A DNA stretch of 64,000 nucleotides from Thermodesulfobacteriota bacterium. GTDB taxonomy: Bacteria > Desulfobacterota > GWC2-55-46 > JADFVP01. The stretch is taken from positions 5,776 to 69,775 of the forward strand of contig JBHHVI010000001.1 of NCBI GenBank assembly GCA_046754225.1, read 5' to 3'. Below the pieces are notes generated by a model. It was not told the DNA's origin. It searched no databases and saw only the letters and a program-made list of their open reading frames with translations. The position numbers and the translations under genes were made by a program. Below, piece by piece: positions 20,227 through 29,891 of the stretch; position 1 is the first letter of the stretch, and each line of letters begins with the position of its first letter.

Positions 20227-21420
20227 CTAAAAAACATACTGGGCCTGAACAAACAGTTCATTCTCATCCGTGCCGGTAACGCCCTTGAGGTCCTTGCCTA
20301 TCCTGTAAGTGGCCTGGGCCTTGATGTCGTGCCCGTGCAAAAAGAGGTTCGCGCCGAAGGAGGTCCTGGTCCACTCAGTGGCGTAGTTGTCCGCGTCCTG
20401 CGACTGGTACCCGGCTACGACCTCGAGCCTGCCGGGAACAACCATATAGCCGCCCTCTACGGCAAAGTTCGTAAGTTCGGTGGTTCCGTTCCTGTATATC
20501 CCGCCGGTAAAGGTATCGTCAACGGTGTCGGCGTTGAAGATATTGTACTCCGCGTCAAGGGATGCGCCCATGTAACGGATGGCCCCGCTTGCCTCAAACC
20601 CCGTGACACTATCGACATCCGGCTTTCCGGAACCGTTATCAACGCCGGCGGTGGTGTAGGTGTTGTTGTCGCCGTCGTTGTTCCATCCGAAGCCGGCTAC
20701 GGTGACGGTGCCCTTTAAATCACCCTTCTTAAGGTCACCCTGCGACAGACCGAGGTGCCCGAAGGGATGAAAACTTACGCGCGCGCCGTACATCCAGCCC
20801 TGATTGAAGTCCGAGCTCTTGTTTATAGGCGAATCAAAGTCGAGCTTGTTCTGGTCCGGGTCTACATCGGCCGCGGCCACCGAGACTCCGTACTCTATCT
20901 TTTTGTCCATCTGCGTGCCGAGTACGGCGACGCCCGCGTTCCTGTCCGGGCTCCCGTAGTTGTGGTCTCCCACAAAGGTCCTCTCGATTAATTCCTGCTT
21001 CTTCGAGGATGTAAGCGCCTCTCTTGAGAAGCGGAAGTATGTGTTGCCCAACTGTACCTTTACGTCCTTAAAACCCCTGTACTCGATATAGGCGTCCTTT
21101 ATGGCGATCTCGTTGTCTCCGCTCGCCTCTCCCATGTCCCACTGGAACTTGCCGATCCAGTCCTTATGGACGCTCCCCTCTATAAAGGGCCTCAGGCGCC
21201 TGAAAAATATCTTGTCCGAGGAAGTCCCTGCGTCGGGGTCGGTTAGGTGGTATTGGAGCTGAATCCGCCCGCCGACCTTGACGAATTTCTCGCCGTTCTG
21301 ATACACCGTTATGCCGGACGCCTCGGCCCTTTGCGGGATGACAACCGAAGCCGTATTAAATATAACCGCGCCTCCTAAAATACCCGCCAACAGACATGTT
21401 GCTCTCCTTTTCATGCTCAT
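20227..21420 (-). CDS. Phosphate-selective porin (OprO/OprP family)
   Basis: 397 aa with a signal peptide, beta-strand-rich sequence and a C-terminal ...AQYVF, in a Pho-regulon context. Confidence 0.7.
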   Translation of the reverse strand: MSMKRRATCLLAGILGGAVIFNTASVVIPQRAEASGITVYQNGEKFVKVGGRIQLQYHLTDPDAGTSSDKIFFRRLRPFIEGSVHKDWIGKFQWDMGEASGDNEIAIKDAYIEYRGFKDVKVQLGNTYFRFSREALTSSKKQELIERTFVGDHNYGSPDRNAGVAVLGTQMDKKIEYGVSVAAADVDPDQNKLDFDSPINKSSDFNQGWMYGARVSFHPFGHLGLSQGDLKKGDLKGTVTVAGFGWNNDGDNNTYTTAGVDNGSGKPDVDSVTGFEASGAIRYMGASLDAEYNIFNADTVDDTFTGGIYRNGTTELTNFAVEGGYMVVPGRLEVVAGYQSQDADNYATEWTRTSFGANLFLHGHDIKAQATYRIGKDLKGVTGTDENELFVQAQYVF

Positions 21421-21469
21421 TCCTTTTTTCCTTTCAGGTTTTTGTTTAGAAAACTTTTTGCAATAAATA

Positions 21470-21670
21470 TCAGAAACCCGCCGCCTTTTTCACCTGCCCC
21501 TTTGCCGCACCCGCTCCGCCCCTCAAAAGATATGCGAGCATGGTGGGACAACAAAAATACTCCACCGACAGGCAGTACTTACGCACATCATTCTCGCCCG
21601 GCGTCATGAGGGTAACAGAGGCATTGCATATTCTGTTTTTTTTAACTCCACCGAGATAGGGACATTCCAT
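21470..21670 (-). CDS. Small cysteine-rich protein of unknown function (66 aa, MECPYLGG...YFCCPTML...)
   Basis: A GGAGG ribosome-binding site lies 8 nt before the ATG at 21670. It sits 50 bp upstream of the porin gene and downstream of the Pho-box-like repeats. The six-frame ORF extends to 21706, but that start would lie at or upstream of the predicted transcription start. Confidence 0.45.
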   Translation of the reverse strand: MECPYLGGVKKNRICNASVTLMTPGENDVRKYCLSVEYFCCPTMLAYLLRGGAGAAKGQVKKAAGF

Positions 21671-21720
21671 ATTCCTTCCTCCTTTTTTCATTCTTTTTAA
21701 AGGCAATATACAGCGCCAAC

Positions 21721-21760
21721 GTTACAGCATTATGTCGGCTCAGTTACATTTATGTTACAG
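21721..21760 (-). promoter_or_regulatory. Pho-box-like array: four 7-nt direct repeats with 11-bp periodicity (minus-strand CTGTAAC/ATGTAAC/CCGACAT/CTGTAAC), followed by a TATATT -10 hexamer
   Basis: Seen directly. It resembles the E. coli PhoB box (CTGTCAT repeats with 4-nt spacers) and lies about 10 bp upstream of a -10-like hexamer at 21705-21710. Confidence 0.45.
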
Positions 21761-21941
21761 TTTTTGAGTCAAGCCGACCGGTCCCGTTGACGGGTAAACG
21801 CTCCTTGCCATACAAAAACAAGAACCTCGAAGGAAATAATGTTATGGAGAGAAACGTATCTTTGGAAAAGTTGTGCGTAAGCTGGGTCTTAATGGACAGG
21901 GCGGGGCAAATTTCAGCCCCCGTGAGACAAGTTATAAAAAA

Positions 21942-22979
21942 CTACTCCATCTTCAAAAGGTCGGGTATCCTCACACCCTTCCTGGCGCCTACCCCGCCGA
22001 AGACCGTCCCGGTCTTCCTCATATCGAACCTCTTCCGGGCGAGTTTATAGAGATCATCGGGTAGCGGTATGTAGCCCACCTCGACGCCAAGCCTTCCCGC
22101 GTTCTTGATGTAAAACTTTACGTAATCACCTATCTCCTCCCTTGAGGCGGCCTTTTTATTCACGTATATGAAGAGCGGCCTTGAAAGAGGCTGATAGGTG
22201 CCGTTGTCAACCGTCTCCCTCGTAGGATAGACGGCGCCTTTTCCGTTGGTGTCGTCCCCGTCGTCTATGGGGACGAGTTTTAATTTGTCCTTGTTCTTCT
22301 CGTAGTAGGCGAGGCCGAAAAAGCCGAGTGCGTATTTATCCCCGGCTACGGCCTTGGCAAGGACGTTGTAGTCATCGCTCTCGGTGTAGTCGGTCCGGCT
22401 TGCGCCCTGCTCGCCCACTATCGCCTTTGTGAAGTAATCGAAGGTGCCGTGACCTAAGCCAGGGGCGTAAAGGTGAACCTTCCTGTAAGGCCAGCCCTTC
22501 TTCAGCTGGCTCCACCTCGTCACCTTCTTCTCCGCCGCAGGCTCCCAGAGTTTTTCAAGGTCATTGACCTTCATGGACCTTACCCAGTTGTTCGAGGGGT
22601 TGACCACGACGGCTATTCCGTCGTACGCCACGGGGATTTCGATATACTCAATCCCGTTCTTTTCGCACTCAACGACCTCCTCAGGCTTTATGGGCCTCGA
22701 TGCGTCGGTTATGTCAACGTCGCCGCGGCAGAACCTTTTAAAACCTCCTCCGGTGCCGGAAATCCCCACCGTCACCAGGGTTCGGCCCTTCTTCGCTATT
22801 TGAAACTCCTCGGCCACGGCCTCTGTTATGGGGTAAACCGTCGACGAACCGTCAACTTTTACTATCTTACGGTCCGCCCCTGCGCTCTCCCGGGCAGTGG
22901 GAGCAAGGATAAACGCTACAGCCGCCATAAGGCACAGCGCATTTAAAAAACCGGGCCTGCCGGACATCTTTGTTCTCAT
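21942..22979 (-). CDS. Second PstS-family phosphate-binding protein
   Basis: 345 aa with a signal peptide and KVDGSSTVYPITEAVAEEF...GISGTGGGF, a type-2 PstS-like periplasmic binding protein. Confidence 0.75.
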   Translation of the reverse strand: MRTKMSGRPGFLNALCLMAAVAFILAPTARESAGADRKIVKVDGSSTVYPITEAVAEEFQIAKKGRTLVTVGISGTGGGFKRFCRGDVDITDASRPIKPEEVVECEKNGIEYIEIPVAYDGIAVVVNPSNNWVRSMKVNDLEKLWEPAAEKKVTRWSQLKKGWPYRKVHLYAPGLGHGTFDYFTKAIVGEQGASRTDYTESDDYNVLAKAVAGDKYALGFFGLAYYEKNKDKLKLVPIDDGDDTNGKGAVYPTRETVDNGTYQPLSRPLFIYVNKKAASREEIGDYVKFYIKNAGRLGVEVGYIPLPDDLYKLARKRFDMRKTGTVFGGVGARKGVRIPDLLKME

Positions 22980-23285
22980 CTCAACATACTCCAGCCTTTA
23001 AATTTTGACTGATTCAGCTAACAGCCTCACACCTTCCACCCCTTATATGACACATTTAACCCCACTTTTCAACTGGACTCTTATACAGGGTATGTGGAAG
23101 GCCTCCGCGCTTATTAACGGACAACACGCGCCGGGGCCGGCGCCCCTATGTCTTCATACCGGCCAGGCTGTCTTCATTCAGGATTTTTCATGAAAAATCG
23201 ATTTGGCGTTGACAGACAAACTTCATATCAGTTAGGATATAGCCGTTTTACCACTAAAATTAACATCTTAAAAGGAGTTTTAGTC

Positions 23286-24578
23286 ATGGCGGGAAAGAGC
23301 ACGAAAAAATCAGCGATCCTGATGAGAAAGGCCGTAAAGTTCATACCCGGGGGGGTTAACAGCCCCGTAAGGGCCTTTAGCGCCGTGGGCGGAAGGCCGG
23401 TCTTTATAAAGAGAGCCCGGGGGTCAAAGATATACGACGCCGACAAAAACTCCTACATAGACTACATAGGCTCATGGGGCCCCATGATACTGGGCCACGC
23501 CCATCCGAGAGTCGCCTCGGCCATTAAGAAGGCCGTTGACAGCGGCACCAGTTTCGGCGCGCCCACGGAGCTTGAAGTAACGCTCGCGGAGATGACCGTT
23601 AAGGCCTTCCCCTCCATGGAGATGGTCAGGTTCGTAAGTTCGGGGACCGAGGCCACGATGAGCGCGCTGAGGCTCGCCCGCGCCTATACCAAAAGGGACA
23701 GGATTATAAAATTCGAGGGCTGCTACCACGGACACGGCGACAGCCTTCTTGTAAAGGCCGGCAGCGGCGCGGCCACCCTCGGAGTGCCAACGAGCCCCGG
23801 AGTGCCGGCGGCCCTCGCCAAAAACACCTATACCGCCGTTTATAACGACATCGATTCCGTAAAAAAGATATTCAAGAAAGACCCGGGGGGAGTCGCCTGC
23901 GTTATAGTAGAGGGGATACCCGGGAACATGGGGGTGGTGCTCCCTAAAAACGGCTTTATTGAAGGGCTAAAGACGCTCTGCAGGAAATACAAGGCGCTCC
24001 TTATAATGGACGAGGTTATGAGCGGCTTCAGGCTATGCTACGGCGGCGCCCATCAGACATACAACGTCGAACCCGACCTGATATGCCTCGGTAAAGTGAT
24101 AGGCGGAGGGCTTCCCGTAGGGGCCTTCGGAGGCAGGCGTAAGATAATGGAGATGCTCGCGCCCACGGGGCCGGTATACCAGGCTGGGACCCTTTCCGGA
24201 AACCCCATAGCCATGACCGCCGGCATAGAGACATTAAAACTGCTTCAAAGGAAAGGCACGTACAAAAAACTATTCAATACGACGGTAAGGCTCACAGACG
24301 GCATAGAAAAAATCGCCAAAAAGAGAAAAGTCCCATGCCACACCGCAGTCGCAGGGTCCATGTTCACCGTCTTCTTCTCGGAAAAACCGGTCAGTAACTA
24401 CGGCGACGCCGCCGCCTGCAACTTGAAGAGGTTTTCAAGATATTTTACGAGGATGCTATCGGCGGGAGTAATGCTTCCACCCTCTCAGTTCGAGGCGAAC
24501 TTCGTAAGCCTCGCCCACACAAGAGAGGATATAGATAAGACCCTTGAGGCGGTGGAGAAGAGTTTCACGAGGCTTTAA
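23286..24578 (+). CDS. hemL: Glutamate-1-semialdehyde 2,1-aminomutase
   Basis: ILMRKAVKFIPGGVNSPVRAF...SWGPMILGH; AAKGGAG ribosome-binding site before the ATG at 23286. The six-frame ORF starts earlier at 23148. Confidence 0.9.
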   Translation: MAGKSTKKSAILMRKAVKFIPGGVNSPVRAFSAVGGRPVFIKRARGSKIYDADKNSYIDYIGSWGPMILGHAHPRVASAIKKAVDSGTSFGAPTELEVTLAEMTVKAFPSMEMVRFVSSGTEATMSALRLARAYTKRDRIIKFEGCYHGHGDSLLVKAGSGAATLGVPTSPGVPAALAKNTYTAVYNDIDSVKKIFKKDPGGVACVIVEGIPGNMGVVLPKNGFIEGLKTLCRKYKALLIMDEVMSGFRLCYGGAHQTYNVEPDLICLGKVIGGGLPVGAFGGRRKIMEMLAPTGPVYQAGTLSGNPIAMTAGIETLKLLQRKGTYKKLFNTTVRLTDGIEKIAKKRKVPCHTAVAGSMFTVFFSEKPVSNYGDAAACNLKRFSRYFTRMLSAGVMLPPSQFEANFVSLAHTREDIDKTLEAVEKSFTRL

Positions 24579-24603
24579 TAAAACCGGGCGGAGGACCTTT
24601 GAT

Positions 24604-25662
24604 TCAGGCGAGGTTAAGGGGCAGCTTTTCTGGATGCTTCTGGGCCGTCTTTAAAACAAGTCCGGCGTAACGGGCCTCGACCTTCATCTCTAATTTTTCG
24701 GCCCTCTTGAGCGCCTTCTTTACCTTCATGAGGCCCCTTGCCGGGTCTACCCCGAATTCAATCTCCCCCGTTGATATGAGACAATAGATGACGCCCCTCC
24801 TGTCCCCCGTCTCCTTGAAGAGCCTTAAGGCCTCGATAAAATCCTTTTCAGCCCTTTTGACCCTGCCGAGCATCTGCAGACTCGTCCCCTCGGCCCAGAG
24901 CGTATAGGCGTAACTCACTCGGTCTCCAATCTTTTTGTAATTGCTCCGCGCCTTCCTGAAAAATTCGAGAGAGCCCTTATAATCCCCCTTCATCCTCATG
25001 GAATTGGCGATGCCGCAGTATGAATAGGCGAGGCCGAAGGTGTCCTTAAGTGAGGTAAATTGCCTGTTGGCCGACCTGTAATACTTGCCCGACGCCTTAA
25101 AATCCCCCATTACCCTCGAAACACCCCCGAGGCCCGTAAGACAGTAGGCCGCCCCGCTTCGGTCCTTGATCCGTGAAAATATCTTTTTCGCCGCGTGAAA
25201 ATCTCTTACGGAGCCCTTTAAATCGCCCATAAGCCTCAAGACCCCGCCCCTCGCCCATAATAAAAACCCCTCACCCTCACAGTCGGCGCGGCTCCTGTAA
25301 AACCTGAGGCAGTCGTTAAAGATGACCCTGGCCTCCTTTAGCCTGCCCGTAGCCCGTAAACTCAGCCCGAGGCCGGCCATGGCGTCAGAGGCCCTCACCT
25401 CATCGCCCATCTTCAGGAAAAGTTTATGCGCCCTGCGATAACACATCGAAGCCTTTGAAAAATCCCCGGTGAGCCTGTAGCAGTCGCCGAGGGAAAAAGA
25501 GCATTCGGCCCTCAAGTCCACATCAACGCCCGCGAGCTTCGATGCCTCGAGATAAAGGGCGGCGGCCTCTATAAACCTTGACCGCCTTCTCCTCGCTTCG
25601 GCCTTTAAAAAGATGGAATAGGGGTCGAAGGCGGCAGAGGGTCTTTCAGGTTTTTTCGTCAT
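24604..25662 (-). CDS. TPR-repeat protein
   Basis: 352 aa with repeated 34-aa-like units (…GDFKASGKYYRSA…, …GDYKGSLEFFRKA…). Confidence 0.7.
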   Translation of the reverse strand: MTKKPERPSAAFDPYSIFLKAEARRRRSRFIEAAALYLEASKLAGVDVDLRAECSFSLGDCYRLTGDFSKASMCYRRAHKLFLKMGDEVRASDAMAGLGLSLRATGRLKEARVIFNDCLRFYRSRADCEGEGFLLWARGGVLRLMGDLKGSVRDFHAAKKIFSRIKDRSGAAYCLTGLGGVSRVMGDFKASGKYYRSANRQFTSLKDTFGLAYSYCGIANSMRMKGDYKGSLEFFRKARSNYKKIGDRVSYAYTLWAEGTSLQMLGRVKRAEKDFIEALRLFKETGDRRGVIYCLISTGEIEFGVDPARGLMKVKKALKRAEKLEMKVEARYAGLVLKTAQKHPEKLPLNLA

Positions 25663-25696
25663 TTAAACCTTTAAAGGAAATTTTTTTGGGTACGGT

Positions 25697-26572
25697 CTAA
25701 AAAGATTTTTCAAGGAGGGGGAAACCGAGCTCCTCGCGCCCCTTCAAGTACCCCTCGGCCGAGGCCCTCGAAAGCTTCCTGACCCTTCCGATAAAGGCCG
25801 TCCTCTCGGCCACGCTTATGGCCCCCCTCGCGTCGAGGAGGTTAAAGGTATGGGAGCATTTAAGACAAAAATCATAGGCCGGCAGCACGAGGCCCAACCC
25901 GACAAGTCTCAGGCACTCCGCCTCGTACAGGTCGAAGAGTTTTAAGAGCATCTTTACGTCGGCCTCTTCAAAGTTGTAGCGTGAATACTCCACCTCTCCC
26001 CTCAGGTGGACGTCCCCGTACTTTAACGTACTGTTCCATTTAAGGTCAAAGACGTTGTCGACATCCTGCAGGTACATGGCTATCCTCTCAATCCCGTAGG
26101 TAATCTCCCCGGAAACGGGCTTCAGGTCAATGCCCCCTGCCTGCTGGAAATAGGTGAACTGCGTGATCTCCATGCCGTCAAGCCATACCTCCCAACCGAG
26201 ACCCCAGGCGCCCAGTGTGGGAGACTCCCAGTCGTCCTCCACAAACCTTATATCGTGTTCCATGGGGTTCAGGCCAAGGGCCTTGAGGCTCTCAAGGTAA
26301 ATGTCCTGTATGTCGTCGGGCGAGGGTTTCAGTATGACCTGAAACTGGTAATAATGCTGTAGCCTGTTGGGGTTCTCCCCGTAGCGGCCGTCGGTGGGAC
26401 GCCTTGAGGGCTCAACATAGGCCGCGCGCCAGGGCTCTGGGCCGAGGACCCTCAAAAAAGTAGCCGGGTGGAAGGTGCCCGCCCCCTTTTCCATATCATA
26501 GGGCTGCTGGATGACACACCCAAGCTCCGCCCAGAATTTCTGGAGGTTTAAAATAAGGTCCTGAAAATACAT
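25697..26572 (-). CDS. glyQ: Glycine--tRNA ligase alpha subunit
   Basis: [26 protein letters not shown]... No glyS gene is adjacent. Confidence 0.9.
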   Translation of the reverse strand: MYFQDLILNLQKFWAELGCVIQQPYDMEKGAGTFHPATFLRVLGPEPWRAAYVEPSRRPTDGRYGENPNRLQHYYQFQVILKPSPDDIQDIYLESLKALGLNPMEHDIRFVEDDWESPTLGAWGLGWEVWLDGMEITQFTYFQQAGGIDLKPVSGEITYGIERIAMYLQDVDNVFDLKWNSTLKYGDVHLRGEVEYSRYNFEEADVKMLLKLFDLYEAECLRLVGLGLVLPAYDFCLKCSHTFNLLDARGAISVAERTAFIGRVRKLSRASAEGYLKGREELGFPLLEKSF

Positions 26573-26659
26573 CTCCCCATACTCCTTTTATCCGATTTTT
26601 TCGTTATAAAAACTTTTAAAATACCCCGCCGTGGGGAGAAAAACCTTTGCCAAAAAGCT

Positions 26660-27445
26660 CTAATAAGTCGCGTTCTTCAATCTGGAGATAAACTTCCTGG
26701 TCTTGAGTTCACGGCCGGTCTGCAGCTTTATGAACCTGTCGAGGAGTTCGCCCGCCTCCCTGACGAAGTGTTCGCCCGGCTTGAGTCTCGTCAACTTCGA
26801 AGCGTCCATCCTTTCCGCAGTCTCCAGAAACCTTGCCGTACCCTGCGTAAGAGCGATGAGCCCCACGCCGTCCACGGCGCAACGGCCGCATAGCACCCCG
26901 CCTTTTTCAGGGCTGAAAAGGATATTATTACCTCCGTCCCCGTCCCCCCGGCCCATAACCTCGCCGCAGGCCACGCACACGCCGAGCCTGGGCATATATC
27001 CCGCAAGGGAGAGAAGTTTTATCTCGAAGAACCTGCTCACCGGTCCGGCGGCGTCGCCCCGGTTCAGCATCGTGAGAAAATCAACAAGAAGGCCGTAGAC
27101 GCCGTGGGGGTTTTGACCCGGACGCGTCAGGACATCTACAAGTTCAATGAGATAGCACGCCTCTGAGTAGCCCTCGATATCAGCCCTCAGATTTGGAAAG
27201 CCTTCCTCGAGGGCCGCGCTCTCCACCCTCACCAGCTCACTCTTCTCGTTGCAGTGAAACAGAAGTTTTATTAGAGAGGCCGGCTCCAGGTTCCCCACGA
27301 ACCGTTTTCTGCTCCTTCGGGCGCCCTTGGCAATCCCCTTTACTTTACCGTAGCCCCCGGTATAGAAGGTAAGTATCCTGTCGGACTCGCCGTAGTCAAA
27401 GGAGCCGAGCACCACGGCATCCGTCTCATAGAGGCCCCTCTTCAT
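26660..27445 (-). CDS. recO: DNA repair protein RecO
   Basis: MKRGLYETDAVVLGSFDYGESDRIL..., with a C-terminal zinc motif CVACG...CGRC. Its ATG overlaps the mgtE stop (ATGA). Confidence 0.75.
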   Translation of the reverse strand: MKRGLYETDAVVLGSFDYGESDRILTFYTGGYGKVKGIAKGARRSRKRFVGNLEPASLIKLLFHCNEKSELVRVESAALEEGFPNLRADIEGYSEACYLIELVDVLTRPGQNPHGVYGLLVDFLTMLNRGDAAGPVSRFFEIKLLSLAGYMPRLGVCVACGEVMGRGDGDGGNNILFSPEKGGVLCGRCAVDGVGLIALTQGTARFLETAERMDASKLTRLKPGEHFVREAGELLDRFIKLQTGRELKTRKFISRLKNATY

Positions 27446-28800
27446 AAAAGCCCCCCCTTCATGAATACGGTGGCGAGCCCGAGAAAGCTTAAGAACCCGC
27501 CTATGTCCGTGCAGGTCGTGACGAAGATACCCGAGGAGATGGCCGGGTCGAATTTGAACCATTTAAGCACAAGGGGTATAAGCGAGCCGGTCAGACCCGC
27601 TATGATAAGGTTAGATATCATGGCGAGAAAGATAAGGAGGCCCAGCATGGGCTCCGCCCCTACGAGATAGGCGATAACCGCGGCCCCGAGGCCGAAGAGA
27701 ATGCCGTTGAAAAAACCTACCAACGCCTCCTTTATAAGCACCCTCCTGGCGTCCTTGAGGGTCAGCTCCCCGAGGGCGAGCCCCCTTACCACAACGGTGA
27801 TGGTCTGGATGCCGGCGTTCCCGCCCATGCCCGCCACTATGGGCATAAGCACGGCAAGGAGCACCAACTTCTCAATGGTCCCCTCAAAGACCTTTACAAC
27901 GCTGGCGGCCAGAAACGCCGTTAAGAGGTTCACCATAAGCCAGGGCAGCCTCATGCGTATGGAACGGGCCGCCGGGTCGAGCACCCGCTCCTCCTTGTTG
28001 AGGCCGGCCATCCTGTAAAAGTCCTCGAATATCTCCTCCTCTATTACGTCAACCACGTCGTCTACGGTAATACGCCCCACCAGCCTTCCGCCCTCGTCCA
28101 CAACGGGCAGGCTCAGGAGGTCATACCTTTCAAAAAGCCTCGCCACCTCCTCCTGGTCCACGTCGGTGGTGACCTTTAGAGGCTCTTTATCCATTATGTC
28201 GCCCATGCGCATTGAGGGCTCTTCAAATATGAGCTTATCGAGGGGGACGACACCTGTGAGCCTGCCGGCGGAGTCGACTACGAATATGTTGGATATATGC
28301 TCAAGACCCCGGCTCTTTTCCCTCAATACCTGAATGGCCCTCTCAACGGTCTCGTTATCGGGCACTGCGACAAGTTCGGCCTGCATCTTGCCGCCAGCCG
28401 TATCCTCGGGGTATGCGAGAAGTTTCTGTACCTCTATGGACTCCTCTTTGTCTATGCCGTCCAGGACATGGCGGGCGTGCTCGTCGGGAAGCTCGGAGAT
28501 GATATCCGCGGCGTCGTCGCTCTCCATCTTTTCAACGACGTTGACGAGCCTTTCGGGCCTGATGGAAGAGAGGAGCCTGTCCCTCATGTGCTCGTCAAGC
28601 TCAAGGAGCACTTCAGAGGCCATGATATCGGTAAGCATCCTGAAAAGGGCAAGGGCCTCTTCCTCGTCAAGCCCCTTGAACATCCTTCCGATGTCGGAGG
28701 CATGGAGCCCGGAGAGGAGTTTTTCCACAGCCTCCCTGTCACGGCTCTCGAGGAGCTCTTTTATCTCCTCGACATGATTCTCTGTGAGCTCAACGGTCAT
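27442..28800 (-). CDS. mgtE: Magnesium transporter MgtE
   Basis: 452 aa with an N-domain, tandem CBS domains, and a C-terminal transmembrane region carrying the GNAGIQ motif. Confidence 0.9.
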   Translation of the reverse strand: MTVELTENHVEEIKELLESRDREAVEKLLSGLHASDIGRMFKGLDEEEALALFRMLTDIMASEVLLELDEHMRDRLLSSIRPERLVNVVEKMESDDAADIISELPDEHARHVLDGIDKEESIEVQKLLAYPEDTAGGKMQAELVAVPDNETVERAIQVLREKSRGLEHISNIFVVDSAGRLTGVVPLDKLIFEEPSMRMGDIMDKEPLKVTTDVDQEEVARLFERYDLLSLPVVDEGGRLVGRITVDDVVDVIEEEIFEDFYRMAGLNKEERVLDPAARSIRMRLPWLMVNLLTAFLAASVVKVFEGTIEKLVLLAVLMPIVAGMGGNAGIQTITVVVRGLALGELTLKDARRVLIKEALVGFFNGILFGLGAAVIAYLVGAEPMLGLLIFLAMISNLIIAGLTGSLIPLVLKWFKFDPAISSGIFVTTCTDIGGFLSFLGLATVFMKGGLL

Positions 28801-29054
28801 GGTCTCTTAAGCTTCCCCGGGCAAATGACAGGTTAAGCCATATTGTCCCGTAACGGGTCGTGGTATGCCGGAGTTTTAATCTGAAGGCGGGTTATTTGAA
28901 AAAAGACCTCCGGGACGAGGGTTTTCCCCCGGCCCGGCTCCGGCGTAAGATTATTACGCTAATAGGGAAAATTAACACAGATAAAAAAGGTAAGTCAATA
29001 TCTAATGGACGGCCCGGCTGGGAAAGCGCGGGAGTTTACGTTACGGCGGGGGCT

Positions 29055-29891
29055 CTATCTTACGATAAAGAAGGGACCCTTTACGGCCCTCATCACGGAC
29101 TCGGCGGTGCTTCCGAGGACCATCTCAACCACCCTTGAACGGTGGGTAGCGCCCATAAAGAGGAGGTCGTATCCCTTCTCCTCGTAATACCCGGCGATAC
29201 GGGCCGGCGCGTTATCGCCCTTGAGTTCGACAAAATCGGTCTTTATGTTGTAGGGTTTTAGATAGTCTGCGGCGTCAACCTGGCTCCGGTCGTCGGCCCC
29301 TTCCTTCGAGACCGTAGCAACCGTCAAGGGTAGCTCACACGCCTTCACAAGCTCGGCAGCCAGGTGCATCGCGTCGCTCGCGTTAGGGCTTCCGTCATAG
29401 GCGAGAAGAGGGTTTTCCGGGGCCTCGAACTTACCCGGCGCCACGAGGACCGGCTTGGCGGACTTCCTTAACACCGCCTCGGTAACGGAGCCGAGAAGCC
29501 CTGAGTCGAACTCCTCGTTCGCGCCCCTCGCCCCGAGGACGACAAGGTCGGCGAGCGTGGCGCTCTCACAGATCTCGTTCGCGACTATACCCGATTTAAG
29601 CAGTGTTTGTGCGGGGATTGAGGCGTCTTTAGAGGCCTCCTCAAAGGAAGCGAGCACGGTCTTTCCCCTTGCCTCGAGGATCTCCTTCATCTTCGTGGAA
29701 AAATTCAAAAAAGGCTCAAAACCTATAGAGGCGGAAATGTCGTGCAGAAATGGGCCTTCGAGAGACACTATGTCAACGACATAAAGCCCCGTTAGAGAGG
29801 CCTTGAATTTTCCGGCGAGCCAGACTGCGTATTTGAGCGCAGAGAGGCTGTGCCTGGAGCCGTCCTGGGGAACAAGTATGTTTTTTATCAT
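29055..29891 (-). CDS. Tandem-domain universal stress protein (UspA family)
   Basis: 278 aa with two Usp domains (ILVPQDGSRHS... and PVLVAPG...). Confidence 0.75.
   Translation of the reverse strand: MIKNILVPQDGSRHSLSALKYAVWLAGKFKASLTGLYVVDIVSLEGPFLHDISASIGFEPFLNFSTKMKEILEARGKTVLASFEEASKDASIPAQTLLKSGIVANEICESATLADLVVLGARGANEEFDSGLLGSVTEAVLRKSAKPVLVAPGKFEAPENPLLAYDGSPNASDAMHLAAELVKACELPLTVATVSKEGADDRSQVDAADYLKPYNIKTDFVELKGDNAPARIAGYYEEKGYDLLFMGATHRSRVVEMVLGSTAESVMRAVKGPFFIVR

Noticed and set aside
21470-21706. The longer 78-aa form of the small Cys-rich ORF (start MPLKRM)
   Set aside because: It would begin upstream of the predicted -10 hexamer and transcription start and lacks a ribosome-binding site. 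The internal ATG at 21670 has a GGAGG ribosome-binding site.
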